Source: Flavobacterium sp. (GTDB taxonomy: Bacteria; Bacteroidota; Bacteroidia; Flavobacteriales; Flavobacteriaceae). From it: a stretch of DNA of 64,000 bases. The position numbers and the translations under genes are program-made. Under the pieces are notes generated by a model, which worked only from the letters and a program-made list of their open reading frames with translations, searched no databases and was not told where the DNA came from. Position 1 is the stretch's first letter, and the number at the start of each line of letters is the position of its first letter. Below, in pieces: positions 8,887-18,788 of the stretch. The DNA is taken from NCBI RefSeq assembly GCF_040379285.1, contig NZ_JBEILJ010000007.1, positions 1,134 to 65,133 of the forward strand. Direction: 5' to 3'.

Positions 8887-9945
8887 ATGCTCAATCTATT
8901 TAACACCCATATCGACTCCTTATCAATTCACCGTGTGGGCAACAAAAGTCGAAATGAAAACCTATTCTTATCGGAGACTACCTATAGTTTGACCGATGAA
9001 ATTGTGCCCTTGCTCAAAGAGTTCTTTTTTCGCCCTTTTCGGGAAAAAGAGGAGAACTACTTCCAGTTTGCGCATGATGTCGATTTGGAATACAACGAAA
9101 TGTTCAATTTAGCCACCGAAGTGTTTACCAACCCCAGCAGTGTGCATGAGGTATCCAAAAAAATCACTCGGCACCTTTTTGAACAATCGAATCATCCGCA
9201 CATCAAGAATGGGGAAGTGTATATAACTTATTTAACCAACATTTCCATCGACAATCAAACCGTGGATGCCCTAGGGGTGTTTAAAAGCGAATTACGGACT
9301 GATTTTTTGCAATTTGAAGAACGCGGTAGTAATTTGGAAATGATCCTTCAGGAAGGGATTAATCTCAATAAATTGGACAAAGGCTGTCTAATTTTTAACT
9401 ATAAAAAAGAAGAGGGTTACAAAATCCTCACTTTAGATAGCAACCGCTATGATGCGCGGTACTGGCTGGAACACTTTTTATCGGTCGATGCCTTTCAAGA
9501 TGAAAATTACATGACAAAAAAATATTTGAAGTTTTGTCAAGAGTTCGCCAAAGAAGTGGTTTTCCCTGCCGAGGATAAAAAAGAAGAGGTACTGTTCATG
9601 AATCGTGCTGTCAATCACTTTGCCAAAAACGATACGTTTGAAGAGACCAAGTTTCTCAATGAGGTCATTGAAAACCCCGAATTGATTCCCGAATTCAAGA
9701 GTTTCAAAGCCGATCGTGGAGAAAAGTATAGCATTGAAGACGTGACTTCCTTTCCGATTGCCAATGCAGCGGTTTCTGATGCAAGACGTTCGATAAAAAA
9801 TGTGATCAATTTGGACACCAATATCCAAATCAAATTGGATTTTGTAAACCCCGACAGTGCCGAAAAGTTTGTTGAAAAAGGCTGGGATGAAGAACGCCAA
9901 ATGTATTACTACCTGGTGTATTTCAACAAAGAACAAAAAAGTTAA
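8887..9945 (+). CDS. Nucleoid-associated protein (NA37/YejK family)
   Basis: IDSLSIHRVGNK, HLFEQSNHPHIKNGEVYI, GINLNKLDKGCLIFN and YWLEHFL. Confidence 0.88.
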   Translation: MLNLFNTHIDSLSIHRVGNKSRNENLFLSETTYSLTDEIVPLLKEFFFRPFREKEENYFQFAHDVDLEYNEMFNLATEVFTNPSSVHEVSKKITRHLFEQSNHPHIKNGEVYITYLTNISIDNQTVDALGVFKSELRTDFLQFEERGSNLEMILQEGINLNKLDKGCLIFNYKKEEGYKILTLDSNRYDARYWLEHFLSVDAFQDENYMTKKYLKFCQEFAKEVVFPAEDKKEEVLFMNRAVNHFAKNDTFEETKFLNEVIENPELIPEFKSFKADRGEKYSIEDVTSFPIANAAVSDARRSIKNVINLDTNIQIKLDFVNPDSAEKFVEKGWDEERQMYYYLVYFNKEQKS

Positions 9946-10019
9946 TCCAGATTTTTTCTAATACCACGCCCAATAGATCGATGATTTGTTGGGCTTTTTT
10001 GTTCTTGGGTGTTAGTGAC

Positions 10020-10045
10020 TAGCCCCCCAGCCCCCAGAGGGGGAG
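10020..10045 (+). repeat. C-tract/C-tract/G-tract repeat TAGCCCCCCAGCCCCCAGAGGGGGAG (second copy at 62207-62232)
   Basis: Near-identical copy TAGCCCCCTAACCCCAAAAGGGGGAA after tpiA. Confidence 0.7.
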
Positions 10046-10095
10046 AATTACTATTTCAAATCAAATAATGACTTAAACTAGTGACTAGTAATTGG

Positions 10096-10130
10096 TGACT
10101 GATGACTTACGACTTACGACTGATGACTGC
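10096..10130 (+). repeat. Orphan tandem array of 5 x 7-mer (T/C)GACTnn
   Basis: TGACTGA TGACTTA CGACTTA CGACTGA TGACTGC, just before promoter TACCTTTG (10142-10149). Confidence 0.8.
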
Positions 10131-10166
10131 CTTCTTTTTCATACCTTTGCCCGAAATTCAACTACC

Positions 10167-11513
10167 ATGACCACTTTCGAATCGTTGCAATTGCCCAAAG
10201 CGCTCCAAAAAGCGATTGACGAAATGGGACTTACCCAACCTACTCCCATTCAGCAACGAGCGTTTCCGGTGATTAGTTCGGGAAGAGATGTCATCGGAAT
10301 TGCGCAAACCGGTACGGGAAAAACATTGGCCTACCTCCTACCTGTTTTGAAACCGTGGAAATTTATGGCTTCTGAAACCCCTCGTGTCGTGATCCTTGTT
10401 CCTACCCGTGAACTTGTGGTACAAATTACCGAGGTGGTGACCCAACTTACCCAATACATGTCCATTCGCACCCTTGGCGTATATGGAGGCGTAAACATCA
10501 ACACCCAAAAGAAAGCTGTTTATGAGGGCGTAGATATTTTGGTAGGTACTCCCGGACGTATTATGGATTTGGCCCTGGACAATGTAGTGCGTTTTGATAC
10601 GTTACAAAAACTCATTATCGATGAATTTGATGAAATTCTAAACTTAGGTTTCCGTGCTCAAGTAACGGCCATCCTTTCGATGATGCGTCAAAAACGCCAA
10701 AACATTCTCTTTTCAGCGACCATGACCGATGAAGTGGATGCGATGTTGGACGAGTATTTTGATTTCCCCGAAGAAGTTAGTTTGGCCCCCTCAGGAACCC
10801 CATTAGAAAAAATAGAACAATATGTTTACCGAGTGCCCAACTTTTTGACCAAACTAAATCTGCTCAAACAGTTGTTGCACAGCGACCCTTCGATGGAACG
10901 CATTCTAATTTTTGCCAACAACAAAAAGTCCGTAGACTTGATTGCGCAAGCGTTAGAACCTGATTTCCCTGAACAATTGGGCATTATCCATTCCAACAAA
11001 TCGCAAAACTACCGACTGAATACCATGGCGTCTTTTCAAAAGGGCGAGCTTCGTGGGTTGGTCACCACCGATGTAATGGCGCGGGGATTGGACATTTCCG
11101 ACATTACCCACGTCATCAATTTTGAAATGACCGAAAGTCCCGAACAATACATCCACCGTATCGGACGAACGGGACGGGCCGACAAATCGGGTACTGCGAT
11201 TAGTTTCATCAGTCCGCGTGAAGAGGAAATCCAACTTGAAGCAGAAATGCTCATGGAAAAAGAACTCACACTTATTCCCTTTCCCGAGGAAATTGAAGTG
11301 GTCAACCGACTGTTGGAATTTGAAAAAGACAAAAAGAAAATCAAGTTTCTTCTCAAACGACCAAAAATCGAGGGAGGCACTGCTTTTCAAGAGAAAAAAG
11401 ATAAAAATAAGAAAGTAAATTTAGGAGGACCCGGCAAACGAAAACCGCGAAAAACAGCACCACGCAACCGAGCTGTTGAGCGTAAAAGGAATGAAAAACG
11501 CAAAAAAGGATAA
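10167..11513 (+). CDS. DEAD/DEAH box RNA helicase
   Basis: Q motif PTPIQ, AQTGTGKT, DEFD, SAT and HRIGRTGR; basic C-terminal tail. Confidence 0.96.
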   Translation: MTTFESLQLPKALQKAIDEMGLTQPTPIQQRAFPVISSGRDVIGIAQTGTGKTLAYLLPVLKPWKFMASETPRVVILVPTRELVVQITEVVTQLTQYMSIRTLGVYGGVNINTQKKAVYEGVDILVGTPGRIMDLALDNVVRFDTLQKLIIDEFDEILNLGFRAQVTAILSMMRQKRQNILFSATMTDEVDAMLDEYFDFPEEVSLAPSGTPLEKIEQYVYRVPNFLTKLNLLKQLLHSDPSMERILIFANNKKSVDLIAQALEPDFPEQLGIIHSNKSQNYRLNTMASFQKGELRGLVTTDVMARGLDISDITHVINFEMTESPEQYIHRIGRTGRADKSGTAISFISPREEEIQLEAEMLMEKELTLIPFPEEIEVVNRLLEFEKDKKKIKFLLKRPKIEGGTAFQEKKDKNKKVNLGGPGKRKPRKTAPRNRAVERKRNEKRKKG

Positions 11514-11588
11514 GCGCTAAATTCCCGTTAAAGGCTTCTTACATCGGTTATTTTTGTTATTTTTGAAACCACAAACGTAAGTCCGACA

Positions 11589-13523
11589 ATGCAATTTAAA
11601 CACCCGGAAGTTCTCTTTTTTCTCCCCCTTTTGGTGCTCCCGATTTTGGTGCATTTGTTTCAATTGCGGCGCTTTAAAACGCAATACTTTACCAACGTTC
11701 GATTCCTCAAAGAATTAGTTGTACAAACCCGAAAAAGTTCGACCCTCAAAAAATACTTACTTCTTGCCACCCGCCTGTTACTGCTTACCTTTTTGATTCT
11801 AGCCTTTGCGCAACCGTTTTGGGAAGCCAAAGAAGCAAAAAATGCAAAAAACGAACTCTACATTATTTTAGACAATTCGTTTTCCATGCAAGCCAAAGGC
11901 AAAAAAGGGGAATTGCTCAAACGTGCAGTGCAAGACATTCTGGCGGAAGCCCCTGAGAGTGCCAACTTTTCGCTCCTCACCAACACTGAGAGTTTTTGGA
12001 ATACCGACATCAAGTCGATTCAACGAGAACTGCAAAACCTTTCCTATAGCGCTACACCCTTTGAACCGGAACGATTGATTGCCCAAGTTCGCGCCCACCG
12101 TTCTGCTTTTCGCAAAGATATCGTTGTGATCTCCGACGGTGTGGGTACCCGTGCCGAAGCTTTGGGAGCCTTGAATAATGACGAAAAAGGGTATTACATT
12201 CAGGTACAAGCCGAAAAAACACAAAACTTCGCCATTGACAGTGTCTACCTCGATCAAACGCTCGATCAATTTTATGAAATCGAAGTGGCATTGCGCTCGT
12301 ATGGAGCCACTTCCGAGGCGGTACCGGTGGCTTTGTACGACGGTCAAAAATTGGTAGCCAAAACCTTAGTTACGTTCAATCAACCGAAACAAACCCTAAA
12401 ATTTACGCTTCCAAAAACCGAGTTTAACGGTTATGTATCGCTCAATGACAACAGTTTAGAGTACGATAACACCTATTATTTTTCACTCTCAAAACCCGAA
12501 AAAAGTCGGGTCATGAGTATAAGCGAATCGGCGCCCGCAACTTTTCTAACTAAAATTTACACCCCAGACGAATTTGAATACACGGCCACAACCCTAGCGA
12601 CCTTACCCTACGCGCTTCTGGAAAAACAAGATGCGATTGTACTCAACGAAATAGCAACTTTACCTGCATCACTACAAACTACCTTAAAAGCTTTTGTCGT
12701 ACAGGGTGGAAATCTGATTCTTATTCCTGCCCCCGATACCAATGTTAGTTCGTACAACGCCTTACTCAATGCCCTCGGTGGCGGATATGTGTATCAAGAT
12801 TGGAAAGTGACCGATCGATTGGTGACCAAAATCAATTTCAATCACCCCTTGTATGCGGGAGTTTTTGAAAAGAAAACGGAGAATTTTCAATACCCAACCT
12901 CAAAGGCTGGCTACTCGGTACAAACCTCTTTTCCAACCGTTTTGGAATGCAACGATCAGCGTCCTTTTTTGAGTGCCATTACCCGTGGGGCAGGATCGAT
13001 TTATTGTTTCTCTGCACCCCTTCGTCAGGAGTGGGGTAACTTTAAAAACTCACCGTACTTGATTGTGCCAACGCTGTATAACATGGCCTTCAATAGCCAA
13101 AAAACGGGAGTCAAAGCCTCTACCATCGGAAGCAGTCGCCCCTACATTGCTGCAATATCGCTCGGTGAGGATGAAATTGTATCCTTACTAAAGGATGAAA
13201 CTAAAGTCATTCCCGAACAGCAAAGGCTTTACAATCAGGTGAAACTTACTTTCTCGACCCAACCGCAACGGGCAGGCAATTACACGCTTTTAAGTAAAAA
13301 AGAAGCCGTCGATCAATTGAGTTTCAACTACCCTAGAACAGAGAGCGACCTTCAAGCGGTACCCTCCAATTGGATGGCAGAATGGGAGGAAATAACGGCT
13401 ACCGACCAATTGTTTGATACCTTACAAGCGGATCGAAGCGATACTGTAATTTGGAAATGGTGTATTCTTTTGGCTTTACTTTTCTTGCTAATCGAAATTG
13501 CCATTCAAAAAATAATCCGATAA
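11589..13523 (+). CDS. BatA N-terminal domain / vWA-like membrane protein
   Basis: MQFKHPEVLFFLPLLVLPILVHLF...FTNVRFL...AFAQP (BatA-type N-terminus); ILDNSFSM; C-terminal TM. Confidence 0.85.
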   Translation: MQFKHPEVLFFLPLLVLPILVHLFQLRRFKTQYFTNVRFLKELVVQTRKSSTLKKYLLLATRLLLLTFLILAFAQPFWEAKEAKNAKNELYIILDNSFSMQAKGKKGELLKRAVQDILAEAPESANFSLLTNTESFWNTDIKSIQRELQNLSYSATPFEPERLIAQVRAHRSAFRKDIVVISDGVGTRAEALGALNNDEKGYYIQVQAEKTQNFAIDSVYLDQTLDQFYEIEVALRSYGATSEAVPVALYDGQKLVAKTLVTFNQPKQTLKFTLPKTEFNGYVSLNDNSLEYDNTYYFSLSKPEKSRVMSISESAPATFLTKIYTPDEFEYTATTLATLPYALLEKQDAIVLNEIATLPASLQTTLKAFVVQGGNLILIPAPDTNVSSYNALLNALGGGYVYQDWKVTDRLVTKINFNHPLYAGVFEKKTENFQYPTSKAGYSVQTSFPTVLECNDQRPFLSAITRGAGSIYCFSAPLRQEWGNFKNSPYLIVPTLYNMAFNSQKTGVKASTIGSSRPYIAAISLGEDEIVSLLKDETKVIPEQQRLYNQVKLTFSTQPQRAGNYTLLSKKEAVDQLSFNYPRTESDLQAVPSNWMAEWEEITATDQLFDTLQADRSDTVIWKWCILLALLFLLIEIAIQKIIR

Positions 13524-13539
13524 ACAACACACAACAACT

Positions 13540-14793
13540 ATGACTACGGTACTTAAATCGGTAACAATTGTAGACCCCAAAGGGGCCTATCACCACCAAT
13601 GTGTCGATATTCACCTTAAAGACGGTTTGATTCACGCTATAGGCGAAAATCTGCCGCTCCCACAAGAAGCGCAGGTCATCGAATTGCCCAATGCCTTCGT
13701 ATCCCCGGGTTGGTTTGACACCTCGGTCGTTTTGGGAGAACCCGGATTTGAAGCTGCTGAAACCATCGCCAATGGGTTGCAAACTGCTGCTAGCTCAGGA
13801 TTCACTGAAATCATGGTACAACCGCATACACTACCTGTAGCCGATAATGCCGCCGTTCTTCATTTGTTGCATCAAAAAGCTTCGGGACAAGCAACCGCAA
13901 TTCATCCGATTGGGGCGCTCACAATGGGTAGTGCTGGACAAGCATTGGCCGAGCTGTACGATATGCAACAAGCTGGAGCCATAGCTTTTGGAGATTATAA
14001 AAAAAGTATGAAAAATGCCAATCTGTTCAAGATTGCACTACAATATGTACAGGATTTCAATGGACGGGTTCTTGCCTATTGTGAAGACGACACTCTCCGC
14101 GGAAATGGTGTGGTTAACGAAGGTATTACAGCAACACGACTAGGACTCAAAGGAATTCCGAGTTTGGCGGAAGAATTACAGGTGGCCCGCAATTTATTTT
14201 TATTGGAATATACCGGAGGCGCTTTACATATCCCTACCCTTTCGACAGCCAAATCGGTGGCACTTGTTCGTGAGGCCAAAGCGCGGGGATTGAATGTTAC
14301 CTGTAGTGTGGCTGTCGCGCACTTAGTCCTTACCGATGGCGTTTTGGAATCGTTTGATACCCGCTACAAACTTTCCCCTCCGTTACGCACGGCACATGAT
14401 CGAGAGGCGCTGTGGGAAGGGCTACGCGATAACACCATCGATTGCATCACGACAGACCATCATCCGGTAGATATTGAATATAAAAAAGTAGAATTTGACT
14501 TGGCCCATGAGGGGTCAATCGGATTAGAATCGGCGTGGGGTGCGCTTGCAGCTGTTCTTTCGATGGATTTGATTGTAGAAAAACTGACTGCGGGTCGAGC
14601 GATTTTTGGACTACCTCTGGCGGTAATTGCGCCAGGTGCTGCAGTGAATCTTACGCTATTTACCACAGAAGAATCGGGAACGTTTACGGCAGATCAAATT
14701 CGCTCTACTTCCAAAAATGCAGCTTTACTCGGTCAACCCACCCGTGGAAAAGTACTTGGTATTGCCCGTGAAAAACATCTTATGCTCAATTAA
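13540..14793 (+). CDS. Dihydroorotase-like amidohydrolase with degenerate metal ligands
   Basis: PGWFD...GEPG, GGFT-like SGFT, YKLSPPLR and TDHHP fold motifs, but the HxH motif reads SVV. Confidence 0.8.
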   Translation: MTTVLKSVTIVDPKGAYHHQCVDIHLKDGLIHAIGENLPLPQEAQVIELPNAFVSPGWFDTSVVLGEPGFEAAETIANGLQTAASSGFTEIMVQPHTLPVADNAAVLHLLHQKASGQATAIHPIGALTMGSAGQALAELYDMQQAGAIAFGDYKKSMKNANLFKIALQYVQDFNGRVLAYCEDDTLRGNGVVNEGITATRLGLKGIPSLAEELQVARNLFLLEYTGGALHIPTLSTAKSVALVREAKARGLNVTCSVAVAHLVLTDGVLESFDTRYKLSPPLRTAHDREALWEGLRDNTIDCITTDHHPVDIEYKKVEFDLAHEGSIGLESAWGALAAVLSMDLIVEKLTAGRAIFGLPLAVIAPGAAVNLTLFTTEESGTFTADQIRSTSKNAALLGQPTRGKVLGIAREKHLMLN

Positions 14794-14795
14794 TT

Positions 14796-15149
14796 ATGGA
14801 CACAACAACCATCAAAGAAGGCAAATCAATGGCAATCTTGAGTTATGTGCTCATCATTGGACCGCTCATCGCATTATCCATCAATGCCGATAAAAAAAAT
14901 CCCTATACTTCGTTTCATTTGCGCCAAGGGTTGGGACTCACAGCGACATTTCTGTTGATTGGACTCACGATGAGTAGTTATTTCAACCGTTCGCAATTAC
15001 CCCCTGAAACGAGTTTCAACATCGCTTTTCCCTTTTGGATTTTTATAAGTATCCTCACATTTTACGGGATGTTCTCGGCTGTTATGGGGTATACCCGTCC
15101 CATTCCTTTGTTGGGACCTTTTTTTCAAAAATGGTTGAAACGATTGTAA
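14796..15149 (+). CDS. Small membrane protein (DUF4870-like)
   Basis: AILSY...FHLRQGLGL...PIPLLG; three hydrophobic segments. Confidence 0.75.
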   Translation: MDTTTIKEGKSMAILSYVLIIGPLIALSINADKKNPYTSFHLRQGLGLTATFLLIGLTMSSYFNRSQLPPETSFNIAFPFWIFISILTFYGMFSAVMGYTRPIPLLGPFFQKWLKRL

Positions 15150-15191
15150 CAATCTGACATTTTCAGGACAAATGAGGCAATCAGAAACCTC

Positions 15192-17624
15192 ATGAAAGAA
15201 AAACCCTCTAGAACTACCCCTATACTTTTCGTACTCCTTAGCCTTTTTAGCTACGGTTTTCGTGCTCAAGCGCAAACCGGAAATGTTAAAGGAAGAGTGC
15301 GTTCGGAAAAAGAAACAGCCCTTTACACGGCCTCTGTCGCACTATTTGATGCCGACAACAAACTGGTCAAAGCCGTTTTAACCGATGCCGAAGGCGCGTT
15401 TACCATTTCGCGATTGCGTCCAGGAACCTATAGTTTAAAAGTCACCTCTGTGGGATTTGAGGACCAAATTCTGAAAGGACTGCTTATAACGGAAAGCGAA
15501 TTAATTTTGGAACCCATCCTTCTGAAAGAAAGCGCTGTTCAGTTGAACGAAGTCGTCATCAAAAAAGAAAAACCACTTGTTCAAGTCTTGGCCGACAAAA
15601 CAGTTTTCAATGTCGAAAATACGATTAATGCAACAGGGAATACCGGTTTTGAATTGCTGCGAAAAGCACCAGGTGTCGTAGTCGATAACAACGATAATGT
15701 TGTGGTTGAAGGCAAAAGTGGTGTCCTTTTTTACATCGATGGAAAACAATCGTTTTTGAGTGGCGCCGATATGACCATTTTTTTAAAAACGATCCAATCC
15801 ACAGATATTGAATCGATTGAAATCATTACCCAACCGTCTTCCAAATACGATGCTGCCGGAAATGCAGGTATTGTCAATATCAAATTGAAAAAAAATAAAA
15901 ACTTTGGGACGAACGGTACGGTCACTTCGGGATACAATATCGGGCGCTTTGGTACGTCGGTGAATTCGATATCTTTAAACAATCGCAGTAAAAAATTCAA
16001 CACCTACCTCAACTATAGCAACCGATTTGGGAAGAGTTACAACTTTATGGAGTTTGAACGCCTACAAAACGGTCGGGTTTTTAATTCCGATACGAAAACG
16101 GATTACATGACCAATGCCAACAACTTGAAAATGGGACTTGATTACACCCACAATCGTCGTCATTCGTTTGGACTTGTCCTCACGGGGAACTTTAATAATG
16201 CCTATGGAGATGGCCGATCTCGAACTCCTATTCGCCCGCAAACTTCCAATGTTATCGATAGCGTTTTGGTAGCGCAAAACAAGGCTCATAACAAAAATTA
16301 TAACTTGTATGCCAACGTAAATTACCGATTTCAAGACACCACAGGGGTTTCGTTAACTACCGATTTAGATGTTGGGCGGTACAACTCAGACCGCGATACT
16401 TTTTTACCCAACTTTTATTTGGACCCCACCGAAACAACCGTATTAAGTGCCATCATCAACAGCCAATACACCCCTGTCATAATTGATATTGCCGCATTTA
16501 AATCCGATTATGAACAGCGACTGGGTAAGGGAAAATTGGGACTGGGAATGAAAACTTCGTTAGTATCCACAGAAAACACTTTTGATGTATTTAATTATCC
16601 CGCTGGACAACCCGTTTTCAATACCACTTTGAGCAATCGCTTTACCTATAAAGAAAATGTAAATGCGGTGTATGTGAATTATAACCGTATGGTGAAAAAG
16701 TTCAATTTCCAATTGGGACTCCGCGTTGAAAACACACATTCCGATGGTGAATTGAGCAGTTTACAGCAAAACAATGATGCACGGGTAAAACGAAAATATA
16801 CCGATTTCTTTCCCAGTGGAGGAATCACGTTTGCACAAAACGAAAGCAATTCGTGGGCACTTACCTACAGTCGCCGTATCGAACGCCCAAGTTACAACGC
16901 TTTAAATCCTTTTGAATATCAAATTGATGAATTGTCGGTTAGCAAAGGGAATCCTTTTTTACAACCCCAATATGTGCATAATATCAAAGCTTCCCACACC
17001 TATAAATACAAACTTAACACCTCGTTGAGTTACAGTTATGTCTCTGATTTCTTTGCGCAAGTGACCGAAGCGGTGGGACTGAATAAGAGTCGCATGACCA
17101 CCAAAAATGTGGCCAATCAGGAAACGATTAATTTGGGAATTTCGTACCCTTTTAAGGTCAATAATTGGTGGAATGTGTACATGAGTGTCAATGCCTTTCG
17201 CAGCCGCTACATTCCCACGGATCCCTCTTTTGTGGGCTTAACGCAGGAAACTTTAAACATTTATGGGCAAAATAATATTACGCTTCCTAAAAAAATCAAT
17301 TTGGAAATTTCAGGATGGTTTAATTCGCCTTCGGTGTGGGGTGGAACCTATCGTACAGCAAGTTTGGGATCCCTAGACATTGCGGCACAGAAGAAGTTTT
17401 TGAAAGATAAATTAAATGTACGCGTGGCCGTTTCCGACGTATTGTTTACCTCACCGTGGTCGGGTCGAACCGAGTTTGCTAACGTTATCATCAACGGTCG
17501 TGGGGGAAGTGACAGCCGCCAGCTTCGTTTTAACCTCACTTATAATTTTGGTAATGACCAAGTGAAAAGAGCACAAAACCGCAATACCGGGGTAGAAGAC
17601 GAGAAAAATCGTATTGGGAATTAG
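15192..17624 (+). CDS. TonB-dependent receptor / outer-membrane beta-barrel with N-terminal carboxypeptidase-regulatory-like domain
   Basis: Signal peptide; LRKAPGVVVD plug, PSSKYDAAGNAGIVNI, GNPFLQPQ; C-terminal YNFG. Confidence 0.9.
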   Translation: MKEKPSRTTPILFVLLSLFSYGFRAQAQTGNVKGRVRSEKETALYTASVALFDADNKLVKAVLTDAEGAFTISRLRPGTYSLKVTSVGFEDQILKGLLITESELILEPILLKESAVQLNEVVIKKEKPLVQVLADKTVFNVENTINATGNTGFELLRKAPGVVVDNNDNVVVEGKSGVLFYIDGKQSFLSGADMTIFLKTIQSTDIESIEIITQPSSKYDAAGNAGIVNIKLKKNKNFGTNGTVTSGYNIGRFGTSVNSISLNNRSKKFNTYLNYSNRFGKSYNFMEFERLQNGRVFNSDTKTDYMTNANNLKMGLDYTHNRRHSFGLVLTGNFNNAYGDGRSRTPIRPQTSNVIDSVLVAQNKAHNKNYNLYANVNYRFQDTTGVSLTTDLDVGRYNSDRDTFLPNFYLDPTETTVLSAIINSQYTPVIIDIAAFKSDYEQRLGKGKLGLGMKTSLVSTENTFDVFNYPAGQPVFNTTLSNRFTYKENVNAVYVNYNRMVKKFNFQLGLRVENTHSDGELSSLQQNNDARVKRKYTDFFPSGGITFAQNESNSWALTYSRRIERPSYNALNPFEYQIDELSVSKGNPFLQPQYVHNIKASHTYKYKLNTSLSYSYVSDFFAQVTEAVGLNKSRMTTKNVANQETINLGISYPFKVNNWWNVYMSVNAFRSRYIPTDPSFVGLTQETLNIYGQNNITLPKKINLEISGWFNSPSVWGGTYRTASLGSLDIAAQKKFLKDKLNVRVAVSDVLFTSPWSGRTEFANVIINGRGGSDSRQLRFNLTYNFGNDQVKRAQNRNTGVEDEKNRIGN

Positions 17625-17648
17625 TATCTTTACGCGCAAACAATAGCT

Positions 17649-18293
17649 ATGGACTTACACTACCTTGTTAGAGAACCTCAAACGATTCAATCAGGTCATC
17701 CCGTGTTGATTCTACTTCACGGCTACGGAAGCAACGAACAAGATTTATTTTCGTTTGCAACTGAACTGCCAAACGATTATTATGTGATTTCTGTTCGAGC
17801 GCCTTATGATCTCATGTACGGAAGTTATGCGTGGTATGCCATAAATTTTGACGCCGATGAAAATAAATTTTCAGATGTAGTACAAGCCCGTCAATCGCGG
17901 GATCGAATCGCAGATTGTATCGATGAACTTCTTCAGAAATACCCTATTGATTCAAAACAGGTAACCCTCATCGGATTTAGTCAAGGTTGTATTTTGAGTT
18001 ATGCCGTAGCGGTATCGTATCCCGAAAAAGTACAACGTGTAGTGGGGATGAGTGGGTATTTTAATCGAGACATCGCTGCGGAAGGATTTGAAGGCAAAGC
18101 GTTAGACAGTTTACAAGTTTTCGCCTCCCACGGAAGTGTTGATCAGGTGATTCCTGTTGATTGGGCCCGAAAAGCTGTGCCGCAATTGGAAGCCTTGGGA
18201 ATTGCGGTTACCTACAAAGAGTATCCTGTAGGCCATGGTGTGTCGCCACAAAACTTTTTTGATTTTAGAAACTGGCTAGAAACTACACGGTAA
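17649..18293 (+). CDS. Alpha/beta hydrolase (phospholipase/carboxylesterase)
   Basis: LLHGYGSN, GFSQG nucleophile elbow, HGSVDQVIP and GHGV. Confidence 0.93.
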   Translation: MDLHYLVREPQTIQSGHPVLILLHGYGSNEQDLFSFATELPNDYYVISVRAPYDLMYGSYAWYAINFDADENKFSDVVQARQSRDRIADCIDELLQKYPIDSKQVTLIGFSQGCILSYAVAVSYPEKVQRVVGMSGYFNRDIAAEGFEGKALDSLQVFASHGSVDQVIPVDWARKAVPQLEALGIAVTYKEYPVGHGVSPQNFFDFRNWLETTR

Positions 18294-18773
18294 TTATTCG
18301 GCTTCTGGATCGGCACTACCCGTTACCTTTTGCCCGATTTCACTATCACCCGCATACAAGGTCGTTTCCCCTTTTTTAAAGATAAACCCCTTCCAAGCTA
18401 CCAATTGGTAGTCGTTTTTTACCCATGGACTGCCCTCGCTGGCACGCGTAAGTAACATAGATTCTTGGTTGGGTAAAAAGACCTCCGCTTGCTTGCGGTC
18501 TTCGCTAAACAAGACATAGGCCGCTAGGGTTTCATCTTCAGTATTGGCTTGATCTAAGGGATTTAATTGCAATCCTGTAAACATCCGGACACATTCTTTG
18601 TTTAGTTTCGACCAAGTATAACCCGCTGAAGCTAAACAACCGTTTTCGTCTTTATCTGAACCCGTGATGGTAGAATCCTTGACTTGCCCTTGTGCTGCGG
18701 TTGCCTCCTCCGATTGGGGTTTGCAAGCGCCGACAAGCAACAAAAGTATAAGTGAAAAAAAAGATGTTTTCAT
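18294..18773 (-). CDS. Hypothetical lipoprotein
   Basis: Lipobox LVGAC; GSDKDENGCLASAGYTWS motif. Confidence 0.75.
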   Translation of the reverse strand: MKTSFFSLILLLLVGACKPQSEEATAAQGQVKDSTITGSDKDENGCLASAGYTWSKLNKECVRMFTGLQLNPLDQANTEDETLAAYVLFSEDRKQAEVFLPNQESMLLTRASEGSPWVKNDYQLVAWKGFIFKKGETTLYAGDSEIGQKVTGSADPEAE

Positions 18774-18788
18774 GCTGAAAATTAAACG

